Below, in pieces: positions 1 to 12,430 of a DNA stretch of 64,000 bases (position 1 is its first letter; each line of letters begins with the position of its first letter). Where the stretch lies: positions 310,001 to 374,000 of the forward strand of contig CDRNVI010000149.1 in NCBI GenBank assembly GCA_977017575.1. Reading direction: 5' to 3'. Below the pieces are notes generated by a model. That model was given only the letters and a program-made list of their open reading frames with translations, made no database searches and was not told where the DNA came from. The DNA comes from Paramoeba atlantica (lineage: Eukaryota; Protista; Discosea). The translations under genes were made by a program, and so were the position numbers.

Positions 1-2093
1 TTGTCTGGGATTTCATGGAATCCTCAATCCAATCTTTCAGAAGGTTGATGCTCCACTGAATGCACTTCTTCTTCTCTTCTTTGTCGATGATATATTTGTT
101 TGTGGGAGCCCGGTTGCCATTGCAGAAATCACCACTCAGATCCAGAGTGTCCTCCCAAATGCCAACCTCAAACTTGGCACAGAAAGGGGCAAAATGGTCT
201 GTTTCTCTCCCGAAGCGCCCAGGAGCAATGACCTCAAAAATCTTGGCATTGGGAAGGCGGAAGTAATCACAGTTCTAGGGTCACCCATCGGGCTGAACAC
301 TCAAATTTCCAAGTGGCTTCACACCCTTGCTCAAGAATACCAACAAGCATCACAAGACCACTGTTTAATAATGTTCTCCAACCCCCATGAAAGTCTTGAG
401 CTTTTTGTCAAAACCATCACACCCAAACTAACATACATCTGTTGCACAACACCTCTCTCTTTAACCCCTTTCCAAGACTCCATCAAGCAAACCACTACAA
501 CAAACATCAATTACCTCCTCAACCCCCTCCAAGTCCCCCACCTGCATCCAAACAAAGAACTCCATCTCTCTCGAGTAGAAGCTGCAGGCCTTCCAAAGTC
601 AAAAGGTGGTGGTGGCTTGAGCTACTCTCAGAACACCCACCAAGCAGCCTTCCTTGGCTCCTGGATCTCAGTCTACTGATCCTGCTCTGAGTTCAAACCT
701 GAACTTATCAACCTCTTTGAAGACTTCTGGAAGAGTGACTCACCCCAGCGCCAGGCTCTCCACCAAGCATATATGACCATTTTGAAAGCTTCATCTTGAG
801 CAAGTGGAAACTGCCAAGTGGTACCTCTGTCCATGAGCTCCTAACTCGATTGACAGAGCCACCATCTGACTCAATGGGCACTGGAGAAAACTACAAACCA
901 CAGAAGAAGTTCACCTCCTGTGAACTTCAGGATGTCAAAAAGAAGATCATGGACCCAACACAAGACAAAAACCTCTGCCGTGCAATCTGTGAGAATGAGG
1001 TTGGCCCCACCACCCACTTGTGGATGACAGCCTACCCAGACAAGGACACCTCTGGGCCAAAGCCATATCGAGCCTTAAATGCTGAAGATTTTCGCTCAGC
1101 CTACCGATGTAGGCTTGACATAGTTGACCCACACCTTGGGGCTCTCTGCGAACTTGGGACTGTCAAGTGTGGATTCTGTGAAAAAGAACTCTGTGCTGCA
1201 TCCTCCCTCCACCTCTCAGATTGCACCAGTTGTGGAAGAGGAACCACACAAGAAGACACCATGCTCTCCGTGATGAACTCAAGAACATTGCCAGCTGGGC
1301 GGGAAAAACAACAATCCGAGATGGAGCCTACCGGCCAATCGGGAAGTCACACAAGCAACCTGATCTTACAATCTGCGAGTGGCAAGGTGACCAGGATCTG
1401 TGTATTGATGTCCGAGTTGTGTCAACCCACAAAACCCCCCACTTTCGCTGTGTGATCCAAACACCCACCAAAACCCACTCTGACCCCCCATACTCGACAC
1501 CCTCTCACCTGCTGCACACCATGCCAGGATCATGAAATGCAGAGAATATGTGGACAGATGTCTGACTGAAACAGACTTTAATGCAGGAAGGGGCAGAGAC
1601 ACCCCTGAGGAGAAACAGACCCTTAAACAAATAACTCTTTCCGTTTCTCCAAGGTGAAGTCATCTTCCTTCCAGCATCTTCATCCTCAGGTGGTGGAATA
1701 TCCCCTGACATTAGTGCACTCCTACGGTCCCTCGCCTCAATTGCCCTCCAAAACGACCGGGTCCTGGATGCCAACCCCCTCCCCCTCTTCTTAAGAACAG
1801 CAAAGAAGAAGATTTCAGCTGCACTAATGAAAGCAATGGCAAACCACATGATGAGCATACAGGAAAATCTAAAACCCAGCAACCCCCTTTTGACCCATCA
1901 CTCTCTGTGCTTCTCATCATCTCTCAATCCAAATGACATTTCCATTCCCCCCTCTTCTTTCCACATGTACTACCCCCTTTTTCTGCAGTTCCTCCTCTCA
2001 CTGGGTGAGAACCATTCCCTTCTCTTACGACCATCTATTTCGAATAAAAATCTCTTTCATTGAAGGAAAAAAAAAAAAAAAAAAAAAAAAAAA
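1..2093 (+). mobile_element. 3' half of a decayed CRE-clade-like RLE non-LTR retrotransposon (RT C-terminus, CCHC knuckle, restriction-like endonuclease, poly(A))
   Basis: FFVDD RT motif, LPKSKGGGGL...AAFLGSW thumb motif, HLWMTAYP, FRSAYRCRL, CGFC-x10-H-x3-C followed by RRHHALRDEL, QPDL...DLCIDV (PD..D endonuclease), KCREY and KKKISAALMKAMAN, spread over several frames. AATAAA at 2043 is followed by A27 at 2067-2093. Confidence 0.88.
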
Positions 2094-2117
2094 GAGAGAA
2101 AAAAAAAAGAAAAGAGA

Positions 2118-2237
2118 AGGTCTTCAGCACTCGGGATTCGAATGTGGTCACCCACCATTCTACTAACCGAGCCCACAGCTGCTTAACTTCCGAGTTCTGA
2201 TGGGATCGGGTGCTTTCAACTGGGTATGACCGAAGAC
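2118..2237 (-). rRNA. 5S: 5S rRNA
   Basis: The reverse complement reads GTCTTCGGTCATACC...GATCCCATCAGAACTCGGAAGTTAAGC...TGCTGAAGACCT (120 nt). The terminal helix GTCTTCGG/CTGAAGAC pairs, and T-runs follow as a Pol III terminator. Confidence 0.96.
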
Positions 2238-2591
2238 ACTTTCTCTTCTTTTTTTTCTTCTTTTCATATCAATCCAAATTAATAAAAAGAAAAGAGAAAG
2301 AGAAAGAGAAAGATGAGAGAAAAGAAAGAAAAGAGAAAAAAGAAAAGAGAAAAGAGAAAAGAGAAAAAACCTCAATGGAAAGAGAGAAAAAGTGGTGGAA
2401 TTTCAAAAAAAGAAAGAAAAAAACAAAGAAAAAAAACAAAGAAAGAGAAGGAAAAAAAATTAACAACCTACAAAAAGAAAGAGAAGAAAAGAAAAGACAG
2501 AAGAAAAGAGAAAGAGGAAAAAGAAAGACTGAGGAAAACCAAAAAAAAAACCCAAACGAACAAAAAAACACAAAAACAAAAAAAGAAAAAC

Positions 2592-2638
2592 GGACCTCTA
2601 TTTTGGGTCCGAATATGATGGACCTCTATTTCAGGTCC
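2592..2638. promoter_or_regulatory. Tandem pair of 19-bp hairpin-like motifs GGACCTCTATTT(TG/CA)GGTCC between 5S and the PB1 gene
   Basis: Copies at 2592-2610 and 2620-2638, repeated in copy B (~46027-46073). A further copy sits upstream of the 5S pseudogene at 29863-29881. Function is inferred only. Confidence 0.35.
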
Positions 2639-2891
2639 TATCAGCGCTTTTTTTCTTTTTTTTTTTTTCTGTGTGTGTGTTTTTGGTTGTTCTTTCAGTG
2701 ATTTTTTTTGTTTTTTTTTGTTCAATTTTGATTGGTGTTCCTTCTCGCCACACCCCACCCCCCCCCCCTCTCATTCCCTCATGAACGACAACAAACACAA
2801 TCAACCACACCCTCAGGTTTTGTTTTTAATTCAAAACATTTCTTTTTCTGGATAACTTGAAACAGAAAAACAACAATCAATCAATCAAAAT

Positions 2892-3866
2892 ATGGTGATG
2901 AGAGTTCAGTTGATGTCGATTGTCGAAAGAGAAGAAGAGTGGTGGGAAGTCCAAAACACTGAGAATGGAAGAGTGTGTTCTGTACAAGCTCAAGACTTTC
3001 GAAGTCTCCGAAGGAAGATCCAGGATGTGTACGGAACTTCAACTGCGGTTCGAGTGTTCTATCTTGACGATGAGTGTGATGTCGTCTTTGTGAAACGTGA
3101 CCAAGACTTGGAAGATGCTTTGTTTGTTCTCCCAAAAAAGAACGAGACAGCAAAAGCAGTGGAGAGTCAAGTCGAAGAAGAAACTGAAAAGGAGATCCAA
3201 GAGGTCGAAAATCGAGTGGGTGATGATGAAGAGAAGAAGGTTGAGAAAGTGGGGGATGAAGTTTCTGAGAACCCTCAGAAAAGACTCAAGGAACAACAGA
3301 AGAGAGAGAAGGAGATTGAAATTCTCAGTAAACGCGACAAGAAACTGGCAGATCAGATTGATGTTCTTGAAGAAAAGATTGTGGCTCTCCAACAAAGAAA
3401 GGAACGGTTGACTGAAAACAAAACCCAAGTTCGAGAGAATCTTGTTGATTTGAAAAGTCAAAAGGACATTGTCGGAAACAAACAAAAGGAAGAGGAGATT
3501 GAAGAAATCCAATCCTCTGAGGAAGAAGAGGAAGAAGAGGAAGAAGAGGAAGATTGTGGGAAACCAAGATCATTTGGGCAATCGAGAAAGCTTCAAAACC
3601 AACGACGAAACATCGAAAGAAGACTTTGTAATCTTGAAGCGAAAGAAAAGAAGTCAAAAAAGATGATGGAAACAGAAATTATTCTCAAGAAACGTTTGGA
3701 AGAAATCACAGAGAGGTTGGCGACTGAACCAAAAGAAGAAGAAGAGAAAGACAAAATGTTTAGAAATAAGAGAAAAGGAACTCGACGTTCTTCTTCCCCA
3801 CCACATGGTTCGAAAAAGAAGTTTTTCAATTCTCCTCCTCCTCCAAAGGAGAGAAGACGAAAATAA
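2892..3866 (+). CDS. PB1-domain, coiled-coil protein with poly-Glu tract and basic C-terminus (324 aa)
   Basis: Intact ORF with an OPCA-like acidic motif FYLDDECDVVFVKRDQDLEDAL near the N-terminus and heptad-like E/K/L-rich segments. The frame is preserved in the diverged copy B despite indels. Confidence 0.8.
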   Translation: MVMRVQLMSIVEREEEWWEVQNTENGRVCSVQAQDFRSLRRKIQDVYGTSTAVRVFYLDDECDVVFVKRDQDLEDALFVLPKKNETAKAVESQVEEETEKEIQEVENRVGDDEEKKVEKVGDEVSENPQKRLKEQQKREKEIEILSKRDKKLADQIDVLEEKIVALQQRKERLTENKTQVRENLVDLKSQKDIVGNKQKEEEIEEIQSSEEEEEEEEEEEDCGKPRSFGQSRKLQNQRRNIERRLCNLEAKEKKSKKMMETEIILKKRLEEITERLATEPKEEEEKDKMFRNKRKGTRRSSSPPHGSKKKFFNSPPPPKERRRK

Positions 3867-4090
3867 ATAACAAAATCTCTTCAATTGAACCAAACTTCTT
3901 TTTTTTGTGCTCTATTTTTATCAAGAAAAACGTTTATTTCTTTTCTTTTTTCTTTTTTCTTTTTTCTTCTTTCTTTTTTTTCTTTATTCACTCCTCTTCT
4001 TTTCTTTGTTGGTTATCTCATTGTAATTTTTCTCCTTTCTTTTTTCGTCAAAAAGAATGTGTCAGATAGATGGTTGGGATAGAGATCTTG

Positions 4091-4136
4091 ATACTCTCTG
4101 GGTGCTAATTTGTGAAAATCCGGACCCAGAGAATAC
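4091..4136 (+). repeat. Short hairpin element (stem TCTCTGGGT/ACCCAGAGA), family member 1
   Basis: Aligns with the reverse complement of 7298-7343 and with 29215-29258; conserved in copy B at 47579-47624. Confidence 0.7.
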
Positions 4137-4989
4137 ATCATCTTTCCCAAATAAAAAAACATCTCTTTTGTCTCTTCTTTTTTTTTTGAAGATTCACTTA
4201 TCTGTAAGACTGTCTTATTTTTTCAAAAAAGAAAAAGGAAAAGAAAGGGAAGGGGGGGAAAGAGAGAGAAGAGAGAAGAGAGAGAAGAGAGAAGAGAGAG
4301 AAGAGAAGAGAGAAGAGAAAGAGAAAGAGAAAATAGAAAAAAAAAAAAAAGAAAAAAATGAGAAACCGAAGAAGAAATCGAAAACAAAAGGAAAGAAATC
4401 AACAAAAAGAAAAGAAAAGAAGAGAAAAAGAAAAAAGGGGGGAAAGGGAAAAAAGAAAAGAGAGAACCCATCAAAAAAGGGAAGAAAGGGGAACGAGAAA
4501 AAGGGGAACAAGAAAAAGAGGAACAAAAAAAAGAGAAAAAGTGAGAAAGTGAAAAAGTGAAAAAAAAAAAAAGAAAAGAAATAAAAGTAAAAAAGAGAAG
4601 AAAAAAACAGAAATAAAAAGAAATAAAAAGAAATAAAGAGAGAACCCCATCCAGTCCCATTCACAAAGGGCAAAAAAGTTCGAGAAAGAGAAAGAAAAAA
4701 AGAAGGAAAAGAAAAAAAGAGAGAGAAAAGAAAAAGAGAGAGAAAAGAGAAGAGAGAGAAAAGAGAAGAGAGAAAAAGAGAAGAGATAAAAAGAAAGAGA
4801 GAAAAAGAGGAGAGAAAGAGAAAAGGCAAAACAAAACCAACGAGGCCAGAAAAATTATGAGCCCTAAAATCTTTTTTTGTGTGCTAAAATAAACCAGCAC
4901 AATTCAATTGTTTTTCTGAGTGTCGAAAAAATATTTTACAAGGAAATTTTGATGAGAATTTTTTTTTCAATGCCCTGAAAAACCTTTGC

Positions 4990-5520
4990 AATTGTGTTTT
5001 TTTCCCTTGGCAACCCCGGTGAGAGAGAGGAAAGAGCGAAAGGAGAGAGAAGAAAAGAGGAAAGAGAAAAAGAAAAGAAAAAAGAAAGAGAAAAAGAACG
5101 AAAAAAAGGGAAAGAGGAAGAAGGAGAGAAGGAGGGAAGAAGGAGGGAAGGGAGGAGGGAAGGGAGGAGGGAAGAAGGAGGGAAGAAGAAAGAAGGGGGA
5201 AGAGGGAAGAGGGAAGGTAGGGAAGGAGGGAAGGTAGGGAAGGAGGGAAGGTAGGAAAGGTTGGGGAAGGTAGGGGGAGGTTGGGAAGGAGGGCTGGGGA
5301 GGTTGGGAAGAGGGAAGGAGGGAAGAGGGAAGGAGGAGGGAAGAAGGTAGGGGGAGGTTGGGAAGGAGGGCCAGGGAGGTTGGGAAGGAGGGAAGAGGGA
5401 AGGAGGAGGGAAGAAGGAGGGGGAGGTTGGGAAGAAAGAAGGTAGGGAAGAGGGAAGGAGGGAAGGTAGGGAAGGTCGGGGAAGGTAGGAGGAGGTTGGG
5501 AAGGTTGGGAAGAGGTGGGT
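4990..5520. repeat. G-rich polypurine tract (GGAAGG/GGGAAG/GGTAGG/GGTTGG units)
   Basis: Direct reading. The equivalent tract in copy B (~48590-48880) has rearranged units. Confidence 0.85.
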
Positions 5521-5539
5521 GAAGTTAAATCATGTTCTT

Positions 5540-6407
5540 GAGGTTTATTCTTTTTTCTTTCTCTTTTTTTTCTTCTTTTCTTTTCTTTTCTTTTTTTCTC
5601 TTTTTCTTTTTCTTTTCTTTTCTTTTTTTTTCTTTTTTTTTTCTTTTTGTTTTTGTTTTTTTTTGTTTTTTTTTTGTTTTTTTTCCGATTTTTCTTTTGT
5701 TTTTTCTTCTTTATCTTTTCCTCTTTTTAATCTTTCCCCTCTCTTCTCTTTTTCTCCCTTTTTCGTTTTCTCTTTCTTTTCTCTTTCTTTTCTCTTTCTT
5801 TTTTTCCTTAACATAGGAAAGTTGTTTAATTGAAGAGAGTGTAATTCACGTATCAAAAAAATGGTCCTTTTTTCTTCATTGGTTTTTTTTTCTTTTTTTC
5901 TTTTGTTTTTTTTCTTTTTTTTCTTTTTTTTCTTTGTTTTTTTTTCTTTTGTTTTTTCTTTTTTTCTTTTTTTCTTTTATCTTTTGTTTTTCGTCTTCTT
6001 TATCTTTTATCTTTCCTCTTTTTAATCTTCTCCCCCCCTCTTCTCTTTTCTCCTCTTTCCCCTCTTTCTCCTTCTCTTTTCTTTTCTTTCCTTCTCTTTC
6101 TTTCCTTTTAAAACAGCAAAGTCGTTGAATTAGAAAAGAGTGAAATCACGTATCAAAAAAGATCCTTTTTCTTCACAGTTTTTTTCTTTTCTTTTTTTTC
6201 TTTTTTTTTTCTTTTTTCTTTTTTCTTTTTTTTCTTTTTTTTCTTTTTTTTCTTTTTTTTTTCTTTTTTCTCTTTTCTTTTTTTTCTTTTTTTTCTTTTT
6301 TTTCTTTTTTTTCTTTTTTTTCTTTTTTTTTCTGTCTTTGTTTTTCTTTTTTTCTTTTCTTTCTTTTTTTTCTTTTTTCCTTTTCCTTTTTTTTCTTTTT
6401 TTTTCTT

Positions 6408-6438
<31 letters not shown>

Positions 6439-7190
6439 TCTTTTTTTTCTCTTTTTTCTTTCTTTTCTTCTTTATTTTTCTTTTTTTTCTTTTCTTTCTT
6501 TTTTTTCTTTTTTCCTTTTCCTTTTTTTTCTTTTTTTTTTCCTTTTTTTCTTTTTTTTTCCTTTTTTTTCCTTTTTTTTCCTTTTTTTTCCTTTTTTTTC
6601 CTTTTTTTTTCCTTTTTTTGTTTTTGTTTATTGTTCTTTTCTTTTCTTTTCTTTTCTTTTTTTTGTTTTTTTGTTTTTTTGTTTTTTTATTTTGTTTTCT
6701 TTTCTTTTTTGTTTTTTTGTTTTTTTTTTGTTTTTTTTCCTTTTCCTCCTCTTTCTCCTTTCTTTTCTTGATCAAAGCGAAAAGAAAAAGAAAATTGTTG
6801 GTTCTCTTTTTTCTCTTTCTCTTTTCCCTCTTCCTTTCCTTTTTTTTCCTTTTCCTTTTTTCTTTTTCTTTTTTCTTTCTTTTTTTCTTTTTTTCTTCTC
6901 TTTGTTTCTTTTATCTTTTCTTTTTTTTTCTTTTTTTTTTCTTTTTTCTTTCTTTTTTCTTTTTTTGTTTTCCTTTTCTTTTTTTCTTTTCTTTTTTTTT
7001 TCTTTTCTTTTTCTTTTTTTTCTTTTTTTTTTCTTTTTTTTCTTTTGTTTTTATTTATTTTTTTGTTTATTTTTCTCTTTTTTTTTTCTTTTCCCTTTCC
7101 TTTCCCTTTTCTTTTTTTTTTCTTTCTTTTTTTTTTCCTTTCTGTTTTCTTTCTTTTTTTCATTTTTTTTTGTTCAAAAGATTCGAAAAA
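5540..7190. repeat. T-rich polypyrimidine low-complexity tract (TnC units)
   Basis: Direct reading; this tract is the source of the poly-Phe and poly-Lys pseudo-ORFs. Confidence 0.9.
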
Positions 7191-7297
7191 TCGCAAATGA
7201 AAAAGAGAGAAGTTGCCACACAATCAAAGTTGGATAAGGAGGGCAAAGAGAAGAGAGACCAAACAACACAAAAGAGGATTATTTCGTGATAATTTTC

Positions 7298-7343
7298 ATA
7301 CTCTCTGGGTCTGATTTTTCGAATTAGTACCCCAGAGAGAATG
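7298..7343 (-). repeat. Short hairpin element, family member 2 (inverted relative to 4091)
   Basis: The reverse complement cattctctctggggtactaattcgaaaaatcagacccagagagtat aligns to 4091-4136; conserved in copy B at 51023-51068. Confidence 0.65.
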
Positions 7344-7919
7344 AAGAATCCACAAAAAAAAAGAAAAGAAGATCCCATCAGTCAGTCAGGGGGATTGGGG
7401 GTGTTGTGTCTGTGTTGTTTTGGTGTAAAGAAATATCCACGTTTTTTTTTTTGAAACAAAATATCTTTGGTGCTCTTGGATTCTAAAAAAATTGTTCATC
7501 ATTGGTTTTTTTTTCTTTTTTTTCTTTCTTTTTTTCTTTCTTGTTGTTCTTCTTTTTCTGGCACTGTTTTTCAGGGTTTTTTGGGCCCAACATATTGGTC
7601 TGTGGTTTTTATATTAATATTGTCGTCTCAATAAAACACCACCTCCCTCCCAATATCTTTTTCTTAATTATGTGTGTGGGTCCTTCTTAAAATCCCAATG
7701 TCCACAGATAACTGATTGTGTTGGGAAGAAGGAAAAAAAAGTATCTTTCCACACACACTGAATAAAGAAAAGGAGTGTGTTGTGTGAGTGTCATTCTTCC
7801 GCTGCCATTCCAGAAAAAGAAAAAAAAATTTGAAAAGAAAAATTGGTGAGTGAATGTCTCAAAAAGAAAGAAGATTTTTGTTAAAGTTTCAATTTATATT
7901 TTTTTATACAAGCTTTTTT

Positions 7920-9200
<1,281 letters not shown>

Positions 9201-11404
9201 CTAATTTTAAGCCCTTGACTAAAAATAGCGCGTTATTTTTTAGCGCTCTACTTTTTTTTCGTTTGTTTTCTGTTTTTTTGCGTTTTGTTGTTTTTTTGTG
9301 GTGAGCGAGAGGAGAAGAGAGCGCTCTCTTCTTTCTGTTTGTTTTTGTTTGTTTTTGTTTTTGTTTGTTTTTGTTTTTGTTTGTTTTTGTTTTGTTTTGT
9401 GTGTTATTTCTTTTGTTTGTTTTGCCAATCTCACCAACCACCATCGCGCAGTTTTGTGGTGGTGTGTGTTTTGTGTTTTTTTGTGTTGTGTGAGGGTTTG
9501 TTCTTCTCCTCACACCCCCTCCGCCCCCTTCTCTCTCTCTCTCTCACCTCATCTTTTAACACACAGAGGAGAGAGGAGAAGAGAAAAAGAACCTCTCTCT
9601 CTCTTTGATGAAGGGAGATGAAAAGCAAAGAATGCGAAAAGAGGTGGTTTGTGTACTCTCTTCCTCTCCTTTTTTTTTTTTCTCAAACACACTTCTCTTC
9701 TCTCACACTCCTGACCATTTTTTCCCCCTTTCTCTCTCTCTTTCTTTCCCCTCTTTCTTTTCTCTCTTCCCTTTCCTTCACACAGTTTTCAAAGGAACAA
9801 AACATAAAAGTGGGGGGGAAAGGGTGGTGTTTTGTTTCACCCACATAAAAGAGCAAATATTCGGGAACACAACAATCGAAAGTAGAGGGGCAGTGGGTGA
9901 AAAGGGGGAGAGAAGATCACCAGAGAGACACCCAATAGAGAGAGTGATGTTTGTGGTGGATGATCTCTTTTCTTCTCTTTTTAGCCCTCTTGAGACGATG
10001 AGGAGGAGAGGCCTTTCTTCGAGCGTGTTTTGGTGATGATGGTGTAATGTTTGGTGTATACTTCTCTTTTGAAAATGTTGGTTATTCACGAAGAACTTTA
10101 CCACTGATTATATGTTTCTGCTCTCTCTCTCTCTCCTTTCCCAAAAAATCCATGTTTGGTGTTGTTGGTGTGTGATTAGACCCTCTCTCCTCCCTTCTCT
10201 CTCTCCCCACTCTCACTGCTGCGCCCTATTCCTCTGTTTCTTATCATTTTTTTGAGGAGTAAAAGCTCTTTCTTCTTAGCTTTCTTCTTTTGGAGGGTTC
10301 CTTGACCTTCTTTGTCTCTTGAAATATTTGTTTCTTGGATTGGTGACAGTGATATTGGATCGGATCTCTCTCCTCTTCTTTAAGTGGTATGTCCTATCAT
10401 AATGAAATCAAATGTCTTCTTTCTCGAAAAAAATGTGACTTTCTCGACAAAAGGTATACCACGTATCGGACCCTGTATGTATTGCTATACTACACACACA
10501 ACACACAAGAAGATTTTTTGCAACACACTGAGAAGGTTACTTTTTTGCATGGATTATTTTTTCTGTCTGTGTTTGGTGTGTTTTGTTGTTTACTTTTTTT
10601 GTATTTGTATCTTTGTGTTTTAAAAATGGGGGGTGTGTGTGTGTTAATGTTGTTTTTGTGTTTTTGTTTTGTTTTGTTTTTTGAGAAGAGGAAGGGAAGG
10701 AAGGAAGGAAGGGTGGTGTGTGAAAAATTTATTAATTTGTACAAAAAACAGTTTGTTGTCTCTCAAAGCCAAATTCTCAAATTGAAAAAAAGACATGAAT
10801 CCCCAGATTCCACTCCAAAAGTTCATCAAGAAGAAAACAGACAAAAAGAATGAAAAGAATTTAGATCACCAAGATTGGTGTATTAATTGAAAGAAGTGTC
10901 CCGTCCATTTTGAGGGGAATACGAAATCGTTGTAAATGATTGATGTCCATTTTAAAAGAAGGTTTTGTGTTCTTGTTAATTTGTTCTTGTTGAACTTGTT
11001 TTTTTATTATTTGTTTTATTTTTTGCTTTTGGTATTTTTGGTATTTGTTTTTGTTCTTTTCTTTTTTGTGGTGATTGGTTTGGTTTGGTTTGGTTGGTTT
11101 GTCTGTTATCATTGGAAGAGTGTTTTTGTTTTTGTATTAGTTATTAGTATTTAATTAATTAAAATTCTCTGATACTAAAATCTGATTCTTCCTCCTCCCC
11201 CTTCTCTTAACTAGTGCGAGGACATCTTTTTTGTTTCCTTTGTTACAAAGACCTCCTTCCAATTATAACCCTTTTTGAAAATATGAGTGGCACAGGTTTC
11301 CCTTTATTTTGTGTTTTGTTGTTTCAGTGTTTTGTGTTTGGTTTGTTAGTTATTTTGATTGTGTGGATTTGTTTATCTTTTTTAGTATGATGTGATTATT
11401 CTGT

Positions 11405-11610
11405 TGTGTTGGTTTGTTGTTGGTTTGTTGTTGGTTTGTTGTTGGTTTGTTGGTTTGTTGTTGGTTTGTTGGTTTGTTGGTTTGTTTGTCGTTTTGTTTG
11501 TTGTTGTTGGTTTGTTGGTTTGTTGGTTTGTTGGTTTGTTGTTGGTTTGTTGGTTTGTTGGTTTGTTGGTTTGTTGGTTTGTTGGTTTGTTTGTCGTTTT
11601 GTTTGTTGTT
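11405..11610. repeat. (GGTTTGTT)n / (GGTTTGTTGTT) minisatellite
   Basis: Direct reading; a purer 8-bp array occurs in copy B at ~54705-54835. Confidence 0.9.
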
Positions 11611-11639
11611 GTTGTGTCATTTTAGTGTTACTTTTGTTT

Positions 11640-12430
11640 TGTTTGTTGTGATTGTGATTGTTGTGATTGTAGTTAAGTTATAGTTGTTGTTGGCTGTTGT
11701 TTATGATTGTGATTGTTTTTCTTGTTGTTTGTTGTTTATTGTTTGTTGTTTGTTGTTGTTTGTTGTTATTGTTGTTCTTATGATTGTTGGTTTGTTATTG
11801 TGATTTTTTTTTGCAATTGTTATGTTGTTGTTACTATTTTTTTATAATCAATTATTGTTATTATTGTATTGTTATGATTGTTGTTGTTATTTGATTGTTA
11901 TTGCTTTTATTATCATTGTTAATTGTTAAATTGTTAATAATAGAATGGGGACATCTTTGTTTCTTTGTTATAAGACTCCCTCCACAGGCCCTTTTTTATA
12001 TTACTCCGTTCCCAACAATCCCGACTATTGTGCCACCACCAGGTTTTTCTCTTTTTTCCTTCTTTTATTTTGTGTTTGTTTTTGTTTTTGTTAATGGTAT
12101 TGCTGTTGTGGTGGTGATGGTATTTTGATTGTGTTGTTATTTGTTGTTATTTGTTATTTGTTATTGGTATTCTTGTTGTTCTTGTTGTTCTTGTTGTTCT
12201 TGTTCTTGTTGTTATTATTGTTGTTATTATTGTTATTATTGTTATTTGTTATTCGTATTGTTATTCTTGTTATTCTTGTTGTTGTTCTTATTTGTTATTT
12301 GTTGTTATTTGTTGTTATTTGTTGTTATTTGTTGTTATTGTTGTTATTTGTTCTTTGTTATTGATATTTGTTGTTGATATTTGTTGTTGATATTTGTTAT
12401 TGTAATTGTTATTGTTGTTGTTGATTTTGT
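11640..12430. repeat. (TTG/TTA)n-derived low-complexity tract
   Basis: Direct reading; the core is much expanded in copy B (~55350-56180). Confidence 0.85.

Noticed and set aside
2930-2990. SH3 domain in the PB1 protein (EEWWEVQNTENGRV)
   Set aside because: Only a fragmentary resemblance; it lacks the ALYDY and GxxP motifs and overlaps the PB1 region.
11405-11610. Interstitial telomeric repeat ((GGTTTGTT)n; also (TTTCCC)n near 23750)
   Set aside because: The telomere repeat of this organism is unknown to me, and the arrays grade into surrounding microsatellites.
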